NCBI GenBank assembly: GCA_964016885.1
Contig: OZ024750.1
Coordinates: forward strand, 35,774,001 to 35,838,000
From: Eledone cirrhosa
Taxonomy: Eukaryota
Direction: 5' to 3'
DNA: 64,000 nt
Shown piece by piece: positions 1 through 16,300 of the stretch. Made by a program: the position numbers and the translations under genes. Positions within the stretch are counted from its first letter, which is position 1. Each line of letters starts with the position of its first letter. Under the pieces are notes generated by a model, which saw only the letters and a program-made list of their open reading frames with translations, was not told where the DNA came from and searched no databases.

Positions 1-925
1 GTTACTATATTATACAGTTACTATATTATGTAGTTACTATATTATACAGTTACTATATTATACAGTTACTATATTATACAGTTACTATATTATACTGTTA
101 CTATATTATGTAGTTACTATATTATACTGTTACTATATTATACTGTTACTGTATTATACTGTTACTATATTATACAGTTAGTATATTATGTAGTTACTAT
201 ATTATACTATTACTATATTATACAGTTACTATATTATGTAGTTACTATATTATACTGTTACTATATTATACTGTTAATATATTATACAGTTACTATATTA
301 TGTAGTTACTATATTATACAGTTACTATATTATACAGTTACTATATTATACAGTTACTATATTATACAGTTACTATATTATACAGTTACTATATTATGTA
401 GTTACTATATTATACAGTTACTATATTATGTAGTTACTATATTATACAGTTACTATATTATACTGTTACTATATTATACAGTTACTATATTATACAGTTA
501 CTATATTATACTGTTACTATATTATGTAGTTACTATATTATACTGTTACTATATTATACTGTTACTATATTATACTGTTACTATGTTATACTGTTACTAT
601 ATTATACGGTTACTATATTATACAGTTACTATATTATACTTTTACTATATTATACAGTTACTATATTATACTGTTACTATATTATACAGTTACTATATTA
701 TACTGTTACTATAGTATGTAGTTACTATATTATACTGTTACTATATTATACTGTTACTATATTTTACTGTTACTATATTATACTGTTACTATGTTATACA
801 GTTACTATATTATACTGTTACTATATTATGTAGTTACTATATTATACTGTTACTATATTATACTGTTACTATATTATACAGTTACTATATTATACTGTTA
901 CTATATTATACAGTTACTATATTAT

Positions 926-965
926 ACAGTATAATATAGTAACAGTATAATATAGTAACAGTATA
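926..965 (-). repeat. 40-bp inverted tract of the satellite (2.5 ACT-type monomers), copy 1
   Basis: acagtataatatagtaacagtataatatagtaacagtata is the exact reverse complement of tatactgttactatattatactgttactatattatactgt. Forward monomer starts at 929 and 973 are 44 bp apart. Confidence 0.97.
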
Positions 966-1329
966 TTATACAGTTACTATATTATGTAGTTACTATATTA
1001 TACAGTTACTATATTATACAGTTACTATATTATGTAGTTACTATATTATACAGTTACTATATTATACTGTTACTATATTATACTGTTACTATATTAAACT
1101 GTTACCATATTATACTGTTACTATATTATACTGTTACTATATTATACTGTTACTATATTATGTAGATACTATATTATACAGTTACTATATTATACAGTTA
1201 CTATATTATACAGTTACTATATTATACAGTTACTATATTGTACTGTTACTATATTATACTGTTACTATATTATAATGTTACTATATTATACAGTTACTAT
1301 ATTATACAGTTACTATATTATACTGTTAC

Positions 1330-4300
1330 TATATTATACTGTTACTATATTATACAGTTACTATATTATACAGTTACTATATTATTCTGTTACTATATTA
1401 TACAGTTACTATATTATACAGTTACTATATTATAAAGTTACTATATTATACTGTTACTATATTATACAGTTACTATATTATACTGTTACTATATAATACT
1501 GTTACTATATTATACAGTTACTATATTATACTGTTACTATATTATACAGTAACTATATTATACAGTTACTATATTATACAGTTACTATATTATACTGTTA
1601 CTATATTATACAGTTACTATATTATACTGTTACTATATTATACAGTTACTACATTATACTGTTACTATATCATACAGTTACTATATTATACTGTTACTAT
1701 ATTATACTGTTACTATATTATACAGTTACTATATTATACTGTTACTATATTATACAGTTACTATATTATACAGTTACTATATTATACAGTTACTATATTA
1801 TACTGTTACTATATTATACAGTTACTATATTATACTGTTACTATATTATACTGTTACTATATTATACAGTTACTATATTATACAGTTACTATATTATACA
1901 GTTACTATATTATACTGTTACTATATTATACTGTTACTATATTATACAGTTACTATATTATACAGTTACTATATTATACTGTTACTATATTATAATGTTA
2001 CTATATTATACTGTTACTATATTATACTGTTATTATATTATACAGTTACTATATTATACTGTTACTATATTATACTGTTACTACATTATACTGTTACTAT
2101 ATCATACAGTTACTATATTATACTGTTACTATATTATACTGTTACTATATTTTACAGTTACTATATTATACTGTTACTATATTATACAGTTACTATATTA
2201 TACAGTTACTATATTATACAGTTACTATATTATACTGTTACTATATTATACAGTTACTATATTATACTGTTACTATATTATACTGTTACTATATTATACA
2301 GTTACTATATTATACAGTTACTATATTATACAGTTACTATATTATACAGTTACTATATTATACTGTTACTATATTATACTGTTACTATATTATACTGTTA
2401 CTATATTATGTAGTTACTATATTATACTGTTACTATATTATGTAGTTACTTTATTATACTGTTACTATATTATACTGTTACTATATTATACTGTTACTAT
2501 ATTATACAGTTACTATATTATGTAGTTACTATATTATACAGTTACTATATTATGCAGTTACTATATTATACAGTTACTATATTATACTGTTACTATATTA
2601 TACTGTTACTATATTATACAGTTAGTATATTATGTAGTTACTATATTATACTATTACTATATTATACAGTTACTATATTATGTAGTTACTATATTATACT
2701 GTTACTATATTATACTGTTACTATATTATACTGTTACTATATTATACAGTTAGTATATTATGTAGTTACTATATTATACTATTACTATATTATACAGTTA
2801 CTATATTATGTAGTTACTATATTATACTGTTACTATATTATACTGTTAATATATTATACAGTTACTATATTATGTAGTTACTATATTATACAGTTACTAT
2901 ATTATACAGTTACTATATTATACAGTTACTATATTATACAGTTACTATATTATACAGTTACTATATTATGTAGTTACTATATTATACAGTTACTATATTA
3001 TGTAGTTACTATATTATACAGTTACTATATTATACTGTTACTATATTATACAGTTACTATATTATACAGTTACTATATTATACTGTTACTATATTATGTA
3101 GTTATTATATTATACAGTTACTATGTTATACTGTTACTATATTATACAGTTACTATATTATACTGTTACTATATTATAGATTTCCTATATTATACTGTTA
3201 CTATATTATACAGTTACTATATTATACTGTTACTATATTATACTGTTACTATATTATACAGTTACTATATTATACTGTTACTATATTATACAGTTACTAT
3301 ATTATACTGTTACTATATTATACAGTTACTATATTATACTGTTACTATATTATACTGTTACTATATTATACTGTTACTATATTATACAGTTACTATATTA
3401 TACTGTTACTATATTATGTAGTTACTATATTATACTGTTACTATATTATGTAGTTACTATATTATACTGTTACTATATTATGTAGTTACTATATTATCAA
3501 GTTACTATATTATACAGTTACTATATTATACTGTTACTATATTATACTGTTACTATATTATACTGTTACTATATTATGTAGTTACTATATTATACTGTTA
3601 CTATATTATGTAGTTACTATATTATACTGTTACTATATTATGTAGTTACTATATTATACTGTTACTATATTATGTAGTTACTATATTATAAAGTTACTAT
3701 ATTATACAGTTACTATATTATACTGTTACTATATTATACTGTTACTATATTATACTGTTACTATATTATGTAGTTACTATATTATACAGTTACTATATTA
3801 TACTGTTACTATATTATACTGTTACTATATTATACAGTTACTATATTATACAGTTACTATATTATTCTGTTACTATATTATACAGTTACTATATTATACA
3901 GTTACTATATTATACAGTTACTATATTATACTGTTACTATATTATACAGTTACTATATTATACTGTTACTATATAATACTGTTACTATATTATACAGTTA
4001 CTATATTATACTGTTACTATATTATACAGTAACTATATTATACAGTTACTATATTATACAGTTACTATATTATACTGTTACTATATTATACAGTTACTAT
4101 ATTATACTGTTACTATATTATACAGTTACTACATTATACTGTTACTATATCATACAGTTACTATATTATACTGTTACTATATTATACTGTTACTATATTA
4201 TACAGTTACTATATTATACTGTTACTATATTATACAGTTACTATATTATACAGTTACTATATTATACAGTTACTATATTATACTGTTACTATATTTTACA

Positions 4301-5850
4301 GTTACTATATTATACTGTTACTATATTATACAGTTACTATATTATACAGTTACTATATTATACAGTTACTATATTATACTGTTACTATATTATACAGTTA
4401 CTATATTATACTGTTACTATATTATACTGTTACTATATTATACAGTTACTATATTATACAGTTACTATATTATACAGTTACTATATTATACTGTTACTAT
4501 ATTATACTGTTACTATATTATACTGTTACTATATTATACTGTTACTATATTATGTAGTTACTATATTATACTGTTACTATATTATGTAGTTACTTTATTA
4601 TACTGTTACTATATTATACTGTTACTATATTATACTGTTACTATATTATACAGTTACTATATTATGTAGTTACTATATTATACAGTTACTATATTATACA
4701 GTTACTATATTATACAGTTACTATATTATACTGTTACTATATTATGTAGTTACTATATTATACTGTTACTATATTATACTGTTTCTATATTATACTGTTA
4801 CTATATTATACAGTTAGTATATTATGTAGTTACTATATTATACTATTACTATATTATACAGTTACTATATTATGTAGTTACTATATTATACTGTTACTAT
4901 ATTATACTGTTAATATATTATACAGTTACTATATTATGTAGTTACTATATTATACAGTTACTATATTATACAGTTACTATATTATACAGTTACTATATTA
5001 TACAGTTACTATATTATACAGTTACTATATTATGTAGTTACTATATTATACAGTTACTATATTATGTAGTTACTATATTATACAGTTACTATATTATACT
5101 GTTACTATATTATACAGTTACTATATTATACAGTTACTATATTATACTGTTACTATATTATGTAGTTATTATATTATACAGTTACTATGTTATACTGTTA
5201 CTATGTTATACAGTTACTATATTATACTGTTACTATATTATAGATTTCCTATATTATACTGTTACTATATTATACAGTTACTATATTATACTGTTACTAT
5301 ATTATACTGTTACTATATTATACAGTTACTATATTATACTGTTACTATATTATACAGTTACTATATTATACTGTTACTATATTATACAGTTACTATATTA
5401 TACTGTTACTATATTATACTGTTACTATATTATACTGTTACTATATTATACAGTTACTATATTATACTGTTACTATATTATGTAGTTACTATATTATACT
5501 GTTACTATATTATGTAGTTACTATATTATACTGTTACTATATTATGTAGTTACTATATTATCAAGTTACTATATTATACAGTTACTATATTATACTGTTA
5601 CTATATTATACTGTTACTATATTATACTGTTACTATATTATGTAGTTACTATATTATACTGTTACTATATTATGTAGTTACTATATTATACTGTTACTAT
5701 ATTATGTAGTTACTATATTATACTGTTACTATATTATGTAGTTACTATATTATAAAGTTACTATATTATACAGTTACTATATTATACTGTTACTATATTA
5801 TACTGTTACTATATTATACTGTTACTATATTATGTAGTTACTATATTATA
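1330..5850 (+). repeat. Imperfect tandem duplication of a 2.1-2.5 kb block
   Basis: attattctgt at 1381 and 3861 (offset 2480). tagatttcct at ~3177 and 5241, and tcaag at 3497 and 5561 (offset 2064). The second copy is shorter by whole monomers. Confidence 0.8.
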
Positions 5851-8800
5851 CAGTTACTATATTATACAGTTACTATATTATACTGTTACTATATTATACA
5901 GTTACTATATTATACTGTTACTATATTATGTAGTTACTATATTATACTGTTACTATATTATGTAGTTACTATATTATACAGTTGCTATATTATACAGTTA
6001 CTATATTATACAGTTACTATATTATACTGTTACTATATTATACAGTTACTATATTATACTATTAATATATTATACTGTTACTATATTATACTGTTACTAT
6101 ATTATGTAGTTACTATATTATGTAGTTACTATATTATACAGTTACTATATTATACTGTTATTATATTACACAGTTACTATATTATACAGTTACTATATTA
6201 TACTGTTACTATATTATACAGTTACTATATTATACAGTTACTATATTATACAGTTACTATATTATACAGTTACTATATTATGCTGTTACTATATTATACA
6301 GTTACTATATTATACAGTTACTATATTATACTGTTACTATATTATACTGTTACTATATTATACAGTTACTATATTATACTGTTACTATATTATGTAGTTA
6401 CTATATTATACTGTTACTATATTATGTAGTTACTATATTATACAGTTACTATATTATACAGTTACTATATTATACAGTTACTATATTATACTGTTACTAT
6501 ATTATACAGTTACTATATTATACTATTAATATATTATACTGTTACTATATTATACTGTTACTATATTATGTAGTTACTATATTATACTGTTACTATATTA
6601 TACTGTTACTATATTATACTGTTACTATATTATACAGTTAGTATATTATGTAGTTACTATATTATACTATTACTATATTATACAGTTACTATATTATGTA
6701 GTTACTATATTATACTGTTACTACATTATACTGTTAATATATTATACAGTTACTATATTATGTAGTTACTATATTATACAGTTACTATATTATACAGTTA
6801 CTATATTATACAGTTACTATATTATACAGTTACTATATTATACAGTTACTATATTATACAGTTACTATATTATACAGTTACTATATTATGTAGTTACTAT
6901 ATTATACAGTTACTATATTATACTGTTACTATATTATACAGTTACTATATTATACTGTTATTATATTACACAGTTACTATATTATACAGTTACTATATTA
7001 TACTGTTACTATATTATACAGTTACTATATTATACTGTTACTATATTATACAGTTACTATATTATACAGTTACTATATTATACAGTTACTATATTATACA
7101 GTTACTATATTATGCTGTTACTATATTATACAGTTACTATATTATACAGTTACTATATTATACTGTTACTATATTATACTGTTACTATATTATACAGTTA
7201 CTATATTATACTGTTACTATATTATACAGTTACTATATTATACAGTTACTATATTATACAGTTACTATATTATACTGTTACTATATTATACAGTTACTAT
7301 ATTATACTATTAATATATTATACTGTTACTATATTATACTGTTACTATATTATGTAGTTACTATATTATGTAGTTACTATATTATACAGTTACTATATTA
7401 TACTGTTATTATATTACACAGTTACTATATTATACAGTTACTATATTATACTGTTACTATATTATACAGTTACTATATTATACTGTTACTATATTATACA
7501 GTTACTATATTATACAGTTACTATATTATACAGTTACTATATTATACAGTTACTATATTATGCTGTTACTATATTATACAGTTACTATATTATACAGTTA
7601 CTATATTATACTGTTACTATATTATACTGTTACTATATTATACAGTTACTATATTATACTGTTACTATATTATGTAGTTACTATATTATACTGTTACTAT
7701 ATTATGTAGTTACTATATTATACAGTTACTATATTATACAGTTACTATATTATACAGTTACTATATTATACTGTTACTATATTATACAGTTACTATATTA
7801 TACTATTAATATATTATACTGTTACTATATTATACTGTTACTATATTATGTAGTTACTATATTATGTAGTTACTATATTATACAGTTACTATATTATACT
7901 GTTATTATATTACACAGTTACTATATTATACAGTTACTATATTATACTGTTACTATATTATACAGTTACTATATTATACAGTTACTATATTATACAGTTA
8001 CTATATTATACAGTTACTATATTATGCTGTTACTATATTATACAGTTACTATATTATACAGTTACTATATTATACTTTTACTATATTATACAGTTACTAT
8101 ATTATACTGTTACTATATTATGTAGTTACTATATTATACAGTTACTATATTATACTGTTACTATATTATACTGTTACTATATTATACAGTTACTATATTA
8201 TACTGTTACTATATTATACTGTTACTATATTATACTGTTACTATATTATACTGTTACTATATTATGTAGTTACTATATTATACTGTTACTATATTATGTA
8301 GTTACTTTATTATACTGTTACTATATTATACTGTTACTATATTATACTGTTACTATATTATACAGTTACTATATTATGTAGTTACTATATTATACAGTTA
8401 CTATATTATACAGTTACTATATTATACAGTTACTATATTATACTGTTACTATATTATGTAGTTACTATATTATACTGTTACTATATTATACTGTTACTAT
8501 ATTATACTGTTACTATATTATACAGTTAGTATATTATGTAGTTACTATATTATACTATTACTATATTATACAGTTACTATATTATGTAGTTACTATATTA
8601 TACTGTTACTATATTATACTGTTAATATATTATACAGTTACTATATTATGTAGTTACTATATTATACAGTTACTATATTATACAGTTACTATATTATACA
8701 GTTACTATATTATACAGTTACTATATTATACAGTTACTATATTATGTAGTTACTATATTATACAGTTACTATATTATGTAGTTACTATATTATACAGTTA

Positions 8801-9337
8801 CTATATTATACTGTTACTATATTATACAGTTACTATATTATACAGTTACTATATTATGCTGTTACTATATTATGTAGTTACTATATTATACTGTTACTAT
8901 ATTATACTGTTACTATATTATACTGTTACTATGTTATACTGTTACTATATTATACGGTTACTATATTATACAGTTACTATATTATACTGTTACTATATTA
9001 TACAGTTACTATATTATACTGTTACTATATTATACTGTTACTATATTATACTGTTACTATATTATACTGTTACTATGTTATACAGTTACTATATTATACA
9101 GTTACTATATTATACTGTTACTATAGTATGTAGTTACTATATTATACTGTTACTATATTATACTGTTACTATATTATACTGTTACTATATTATACTGTTA
9201 CTATGTTATACAGTTACTATATTATACTGTTACTATATTATGTAGTTACTATATTATACTGTTACTATATTATACTGTTACTATATTATACAGTTACTAT
9301 ATTATACTGTTACTATATTATACAGTTACTATATTAT

Positions 9338-9377
9338 ACAGTATAATATAGTAACAGTATAATATAGTAACAGTATA
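9338..9377 (-). repeat. 40-bp inverted tract, copy 2
   Basis: Identical sequence and junctions to 926-965, with the same flanking marker monomers (ctatagtatg ~9121, attaaactgttacca ~9521, gtagatact ~9590). Confidence 0.97.
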
Positions 9378-9544
9378 TTATACAGTTACTATATTATGTA
9401 GTTACTATATTATACAGTTACTATATTATACAGTTACTATATTATGTAGTTACTATATTATACAGTTACTATATTATACTGTTACTATATTATACAGTTA
9501 CTATATTATACTGTTACTATATTAAACTGTTACCATATTATACT

Positions 9545-12500
9545 GTTACTATATTATACTGTTACTATATTATACTGTTACTATATTATGTAGATACTAT
9601 ATTATACAGTTACTATATTATACAGTTACTATATTATACAGTTACTATATTATACAGTTACTATATTGTACTGTTACTATATTATACTGTTACTATATTA
9701 TACTGTTACTATATTATACAGTTACTATATTATACAGTTACTATATTATACTGTTACTATATTATACTGTTACTATATTATACAGTTACTATATTATACA
9801 GTTACTATATTATTCTGTTACTATATTATACAGTTACTATATTATACAGTTACTATATTATACAGTTACTATATTATACTGTTACTATATTATACAGTTA
9901 CTATATTATACTGTTACTATATAATACTGTTACTATATTATACAGTTACTATATTATACTGTTACTATATTATACAGTAACTATATTATACAGTTACTAT
10001 ATTATACAGTTACTATATTATACTGTTACTATATTATACAGTTACTATATTATACTGTTACTATATCATACAGTTACTACATTATACTGTTACTATATCA
10101 TACAGTTACTATATTATACTGTTACTATATTATACTGTTACTATATTATACAGTTACTATATTATACTGTTACTATATTATACAGTTACTATATTATACA
10201 GTTACTATATTATACAGTTACTATATTATACTGTTACTATATTATACAGTTACTATATTATACTGTTACTATATTATACTGTTACTATATTATACAGTTA
10301 CTATATTATACAGTTACTATATTATACAGTTACTATATTATACTGTTACTATATTATACTGTTACTATATTATACAGTTACTATATTATACAGTTACTAT
10401 ATTATACTGTTACTATATTATAATGTTACTATATTATACTGTTACTATATTATACTGTTACTATATTATACAGTTACTATATTATACTGTTACTATATTA
10501 TACTGTTACTACATTATACTGTTACTATATCATACAGTTACTATATTATACTGTTACTATATTATACTGTTACTATATTATACAGTTACTATATTATACT
10601 GTTACTATATTATACAGTTACTATATTATACAGTTACTATATTATACAGTTACTATATTATACTGTTACTATATTATACAGTTACTATATTATACTGTTA
10701 CTATATTATACTGTTACTATATTATACAGTTACTATATTATACAGTTACTATATTATACAGTTACTATATTATACTGTTACTATATTATACTGTTACTAT
10801 ATTATACAGTTACTATATTATACAGTTACTATATTATACTGTTACTATATTATAATGTTACTATATTATACTGTTACTATATTATACTGTTACTATATTA
10901 TACAGTTACTATATTATACCGTTACTATATTATACAGTTTCTATATTATACTGTTACTATATTATACTGTTACTATATTATGTAGTTACTATATTATACT
11001 GTTACTATATTATGTAGTTACTATATTATACAGTTACTATATTATACAGTTACTATATTATACAGTTACTATATTATACTGTTACTATATTATACTGTTA
11101 CTATATTATACTGTTACTATATTATACAGTTACTATATTATACTGTTACTATATTATACTGTTACTATATTATACAGTTACTATATTATACTGTTACTAT
11201 ATTATACAGTTACTATATTATACTGTTACTATATTATACTGTTACTATATTATACTGTTACTATATTATACAGTTACTATATTATACTGTTACTATATTA
11301 TGTAGTTACTATATTATACTGTTAGTATATTATGTAGTTACTATAGTATACTGTTACTATATTATGTAGTTACTATATTATACAGTTACTATATTATACA
11401 GTTACTATATTATACTGTTACTATATTATACTGTTACTATATTATACTGTTACTATATTATACTGTTACTATATTATGTAGATACTATATTATACAGTTA
11501 CTATATTATACAGTTACTATATTATACAGTTACTATATTATACAGTTACTATATTGTACTGTTACTATATTATACTGTTACTATATTATACTGTTACTAT
11601 ATTATACAGTTACTATATTATACAGTTACTATATTATACTGTTACTATATTATACTGTTACTATATTATACAGTTACTATATTATACAGTTACTATATTA
11701 TTCTGTTACTATATTATACAGTTACTATATTATACAGTTACTATATTATACAGTTACTATATTATACTGTTACTATATTATACAGTTACTATATTATACT
11801 GTTACTATATAATACTGTTACTATATTATACAGTTACTATATTATACTGTTACTATATTATACAGTAACTATATTATACAGTTACTATATTATACAGTTA
11901 CTATATTATACTGTTACTATATTATACAGTTACTATATTATACTGTTACTATATTATACAGTTACTACATTATACTGTTACTATATCATACAGTTACTAT
12001 ATTATACTGTTACTATATTATACTGTTACTATATTATACAGTTACTATATTATACTGTTACTATATTATACAGTTACTATATTATACAGTTACTATATTA
12101 TACAGTTACTATATTATACTGTTACTATATTATACAGTTACTATATTATACTGTTACTATATTATACTGTTACTATATTATACAGTTACTATATTATACA
12201 GTTACTATATTATACAGTTACTATATTATACTGTTACTATATTATACTGTTACTATATTATACAGTTACTATATTATACAGTTACTATATTATACTGTTA
12301 CTATATTATAATGTTACTATATTATACTGTTACTATATTATACTGTTACTATATTATACAGTTACTATATTATACTGTTACTATATTATACTGTTACTAC
12401 ATTATACTGTTACTATATCATACAGTTACTATATTATACTGTTACTATATTATACTGTTACTATATTATACAGTTACTATATTATACTGTTACTATATTA

Positions 12501-13300
12501 TACAGTTACTATATTATACAGTTACTATATTATACAGTTACTATATTATACTGTTACTATATTATACAGTTACTATATTATACTGTTACTATATTATACT
12601 GTTACTATATTATACAGTTACTATATTATACAGTTACTATATTATACAGTTACTATATTATACTGTTACTATATTATACTGTTACTATATTATACAGTTA
12701 CTATATTATACAGTTACTATATTATACTGTTACTATATTATAATGTTACTATATTATACTGTTACTATATTATACTGTTACTATATTATACAGTTACTAT
12801 ATTATACCGTTACTATATTATACAGTTTCTATATTATACTGTTACTATATTATACTGTTACTATATTATGTAGTTACTATATTATACTGTTACTATATTA
12901 TGTAGTTACTATATTATACAGTTACTATATTATACAGTTACTATATTATACAGTTACTATATTATACTGTTACTATATTATACTGTTACTATATTATACT
13001 GTTACTATATTATACAGTTACTATATTATACTGTTACTATATTATACTGTTACTATATTATACAGTTACTATATTATACTGTTACTATATTATACAGTTA
13101 CTATATTATACTGTTACTATATTATACTGTTACTATATTATACTGTTACTATATTATACAGTTACTATATTATACTGTTACTATATTATGTAGTTACTAT
13201 ATTATACTGTTAGTATATTATGTAGTTACTATAGTATACTGTTACTATATTATGTAGTTACTATATTATACAGTTACTATATTATACAGTTACTATATTA
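9545..13300 (+). repeat. Tandem duplication, unit 1888 bp (118 monomers)
   Basis: gatact at 9593 and 11481. Identical pseudo-ORF translations at 9666/11554 and 10423/12311, all offset 1888. Confidence 0.9.
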
Positions 13301-16300
13301 TATGGTTACTATATTATACTGTTACTATATTATACTGTTACTATATTATGTAGTTACTATATTATACAGTTACTATATTATGTAGTTACTATATTATACT
13401 GTTACTATATTATGTAGTTACTATATTATAAAGTTACTATATTATACAGTTACTATATTATACTGTTACTATATTATACAGTTACTATATTATACTGTTA
13501 CTATATTATGTAGTTACTATATTATACAGTTACTATATTATATAGTTACTATATTATACAGTTACTATATTATACAGTTACTATATTATACTGTTACTAT
13601 ATTATACAGTTACTATATTATACTGTTACTATATTAAACTGTTACTATATTATACTGTTACTATATTATACTGTTACTATATTATGTAGTTACTATGTTA
13701 TACAGTTACTATATTATACTGTTACTATATTATACAGTTACTATATTATACAGTTACTATATTATACTGTTACTATATTATACGGTTACTATATTATACA
13801 GTTACTATATTATACAGTTACTATATTATACAGTTACTATATTATACTGTTACTATATTATACAGTTACTATATTATACAGTTACTATATTATACTGTTA
13901 CTATATTATGTTGTTACTATATTATACAGTTACTATATTATACTGTTACTATATTATACTGTTACTATATTATACTGTTACTATATTATACAGTTACTAT
14001 ATTATACGGTTACTATATTATACTGTTACTATATTATGTAGTTACTATATCATACAGTTACTATATTATACTGTTACTATATTATACTCTTACTATATTA
14101 TACAGTTACTATATTATACTGTTACTATATTATACAGTTACTATATTATACAGTTACTGTATTATAAAGTTACTATATTATACAGTTACTATATTATACT
14201 GTTACTATATAATACTGTTACTATATTATACTGTTACTATATTATACAGTTACTATATTATACAGTTACTATATTATACTGTTACTATATTATACTGTTA
14301 CTATATTATACAGTTACTATATTATACAGTTACTATATTATACTGTTACTATATTATACTGTTACTATATTATACAGTTACTATATTATACAGTTACTAT
14401 ATTATTCTGTTACTATATTATACAGTTACTATATTATACAGTTACTATATTATACAGTTACTATATTATACTGTTACTATATTATACAGTTACTATATTA
14501 TACTGTTACTATATAATACTGTTACTATATTATACAGTTACTATATTATACTGTTACTATATTATACAGTAACTATATTATACAGTTACTATATTATACA
14601 GTTACTATATTATACTGTTACTATATTATACAGTTACTATATTATACTGTTACTATATTATACAGTTACTACATTATACTGTTACTATATCATACAGTTA
14701 CTATATTATACTGTTACTATATTATACTGTTACTATATTATACAGTTACTATATTATACTGTTACTATATTATACAGTTACTATATTATACAGTTACTAT
14801 ATTATACAGTTACTATATTATACTGTTACTATATTATACAGTTACTATATTATACTGTTACTATATTATACTGTTACTATATTATACAGTTACTATATTA
14901 TACAGTTACTATATTATACAGTTACTATATTATACTGTTACTATATTATACTGTTACTATATTATACAGTTACTATATTATACAGTTACTATATTATACT
15001 GTTACTATATTATAATGTTACTATATTATACTGTTACTATATTATACTGTTACTATATTATACAGTTACTATATTATACTGTTACTATATTATACTGTTA
15101 CTACATTATACTGTTACTATATCATACAGTTACTATATTATACTGTTACTATATTATACTGTTACTATATTATACAGTTACTATATTATACTGTTACTAT
15201 ATTATACAGTTACTATATTATACAGTTACTATATTATACAGTTACTATATTATACTGTTACTATATTATACAGTTACTATATTATACTGTTACTATATTA
15301 TACTGTTACTATATTATACAGTTACTATATTATACAGTTACTATATTATACAGTTACTATATTATACTGTTACTATATTATACTGTTACTATATTATACA
15401 GTTACTATATTATACAGTTACTATATTATACTGTTACTATATTATAATGTTACTATATTATACTGTTACTATATTATACTGTTACTATATTATACAGTTA
15501 CTATATTATACCGTTACTATATTATACAGTTTCTATATTATACTGTTACTATATTATACTGTTACTATATTATGTAGTTACTATATTATACTGTTACTAT
15601 ATTATGTAGTTACTATATTATACAGTTACTATATTATACAGTTACTATATTATACAGTTACTATATTATACTGTTACTATATTATACTGTTACTATATTA
15701 TACTGTTACTATATTATACAGTTACTATATTATACTGTTACTATATTATACTGTTACTATATTATACAGTTACTATATTATACTGTTACTATATTATACA
15801 GTTACTATATTATACTGTTACTATATTATACTGTTACTATATTATACTGTTACTATATTATACAGTTACTATATTATACTGTTACTATATTATGTAGTTA
15901 CTATATTATACTGTTAGTATATTATGTAGTTACTATAGTATACTGTTACTATATTATGTAGTTACTATATTATACAGTTACTATATTATACAGTTACTAT
16001 ATTATATGGTTACTATATTATACTGTTACTATATTATACTGTTACTATATTATGTAGTTACTATATTATACAGTTACTATATTATGTAGTTACTATATTA
16101 TACTGTTACTATATTATGTAGTTACTATATTATAAAGTTACTATATTATACAGTTACTATATTATACTGTTACTATATTATACAGTTACTATATTATACT
16201 GTTACTATATTATGTAGTTACTATATTATACAGTTACTATATTATATAGTTACTATATTATACAGTTACTATATTATACAGTTACTATATTATACTGTTA

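Noticed and set aside
926-965. Inverted tracts as transposon terminal repeats, terminators or recombinase-controlled switches
   Set aside because: They consist only of satellite sequence, have no target-site duplication, cargo or nearby recombinase, and all three copies are in the same state.
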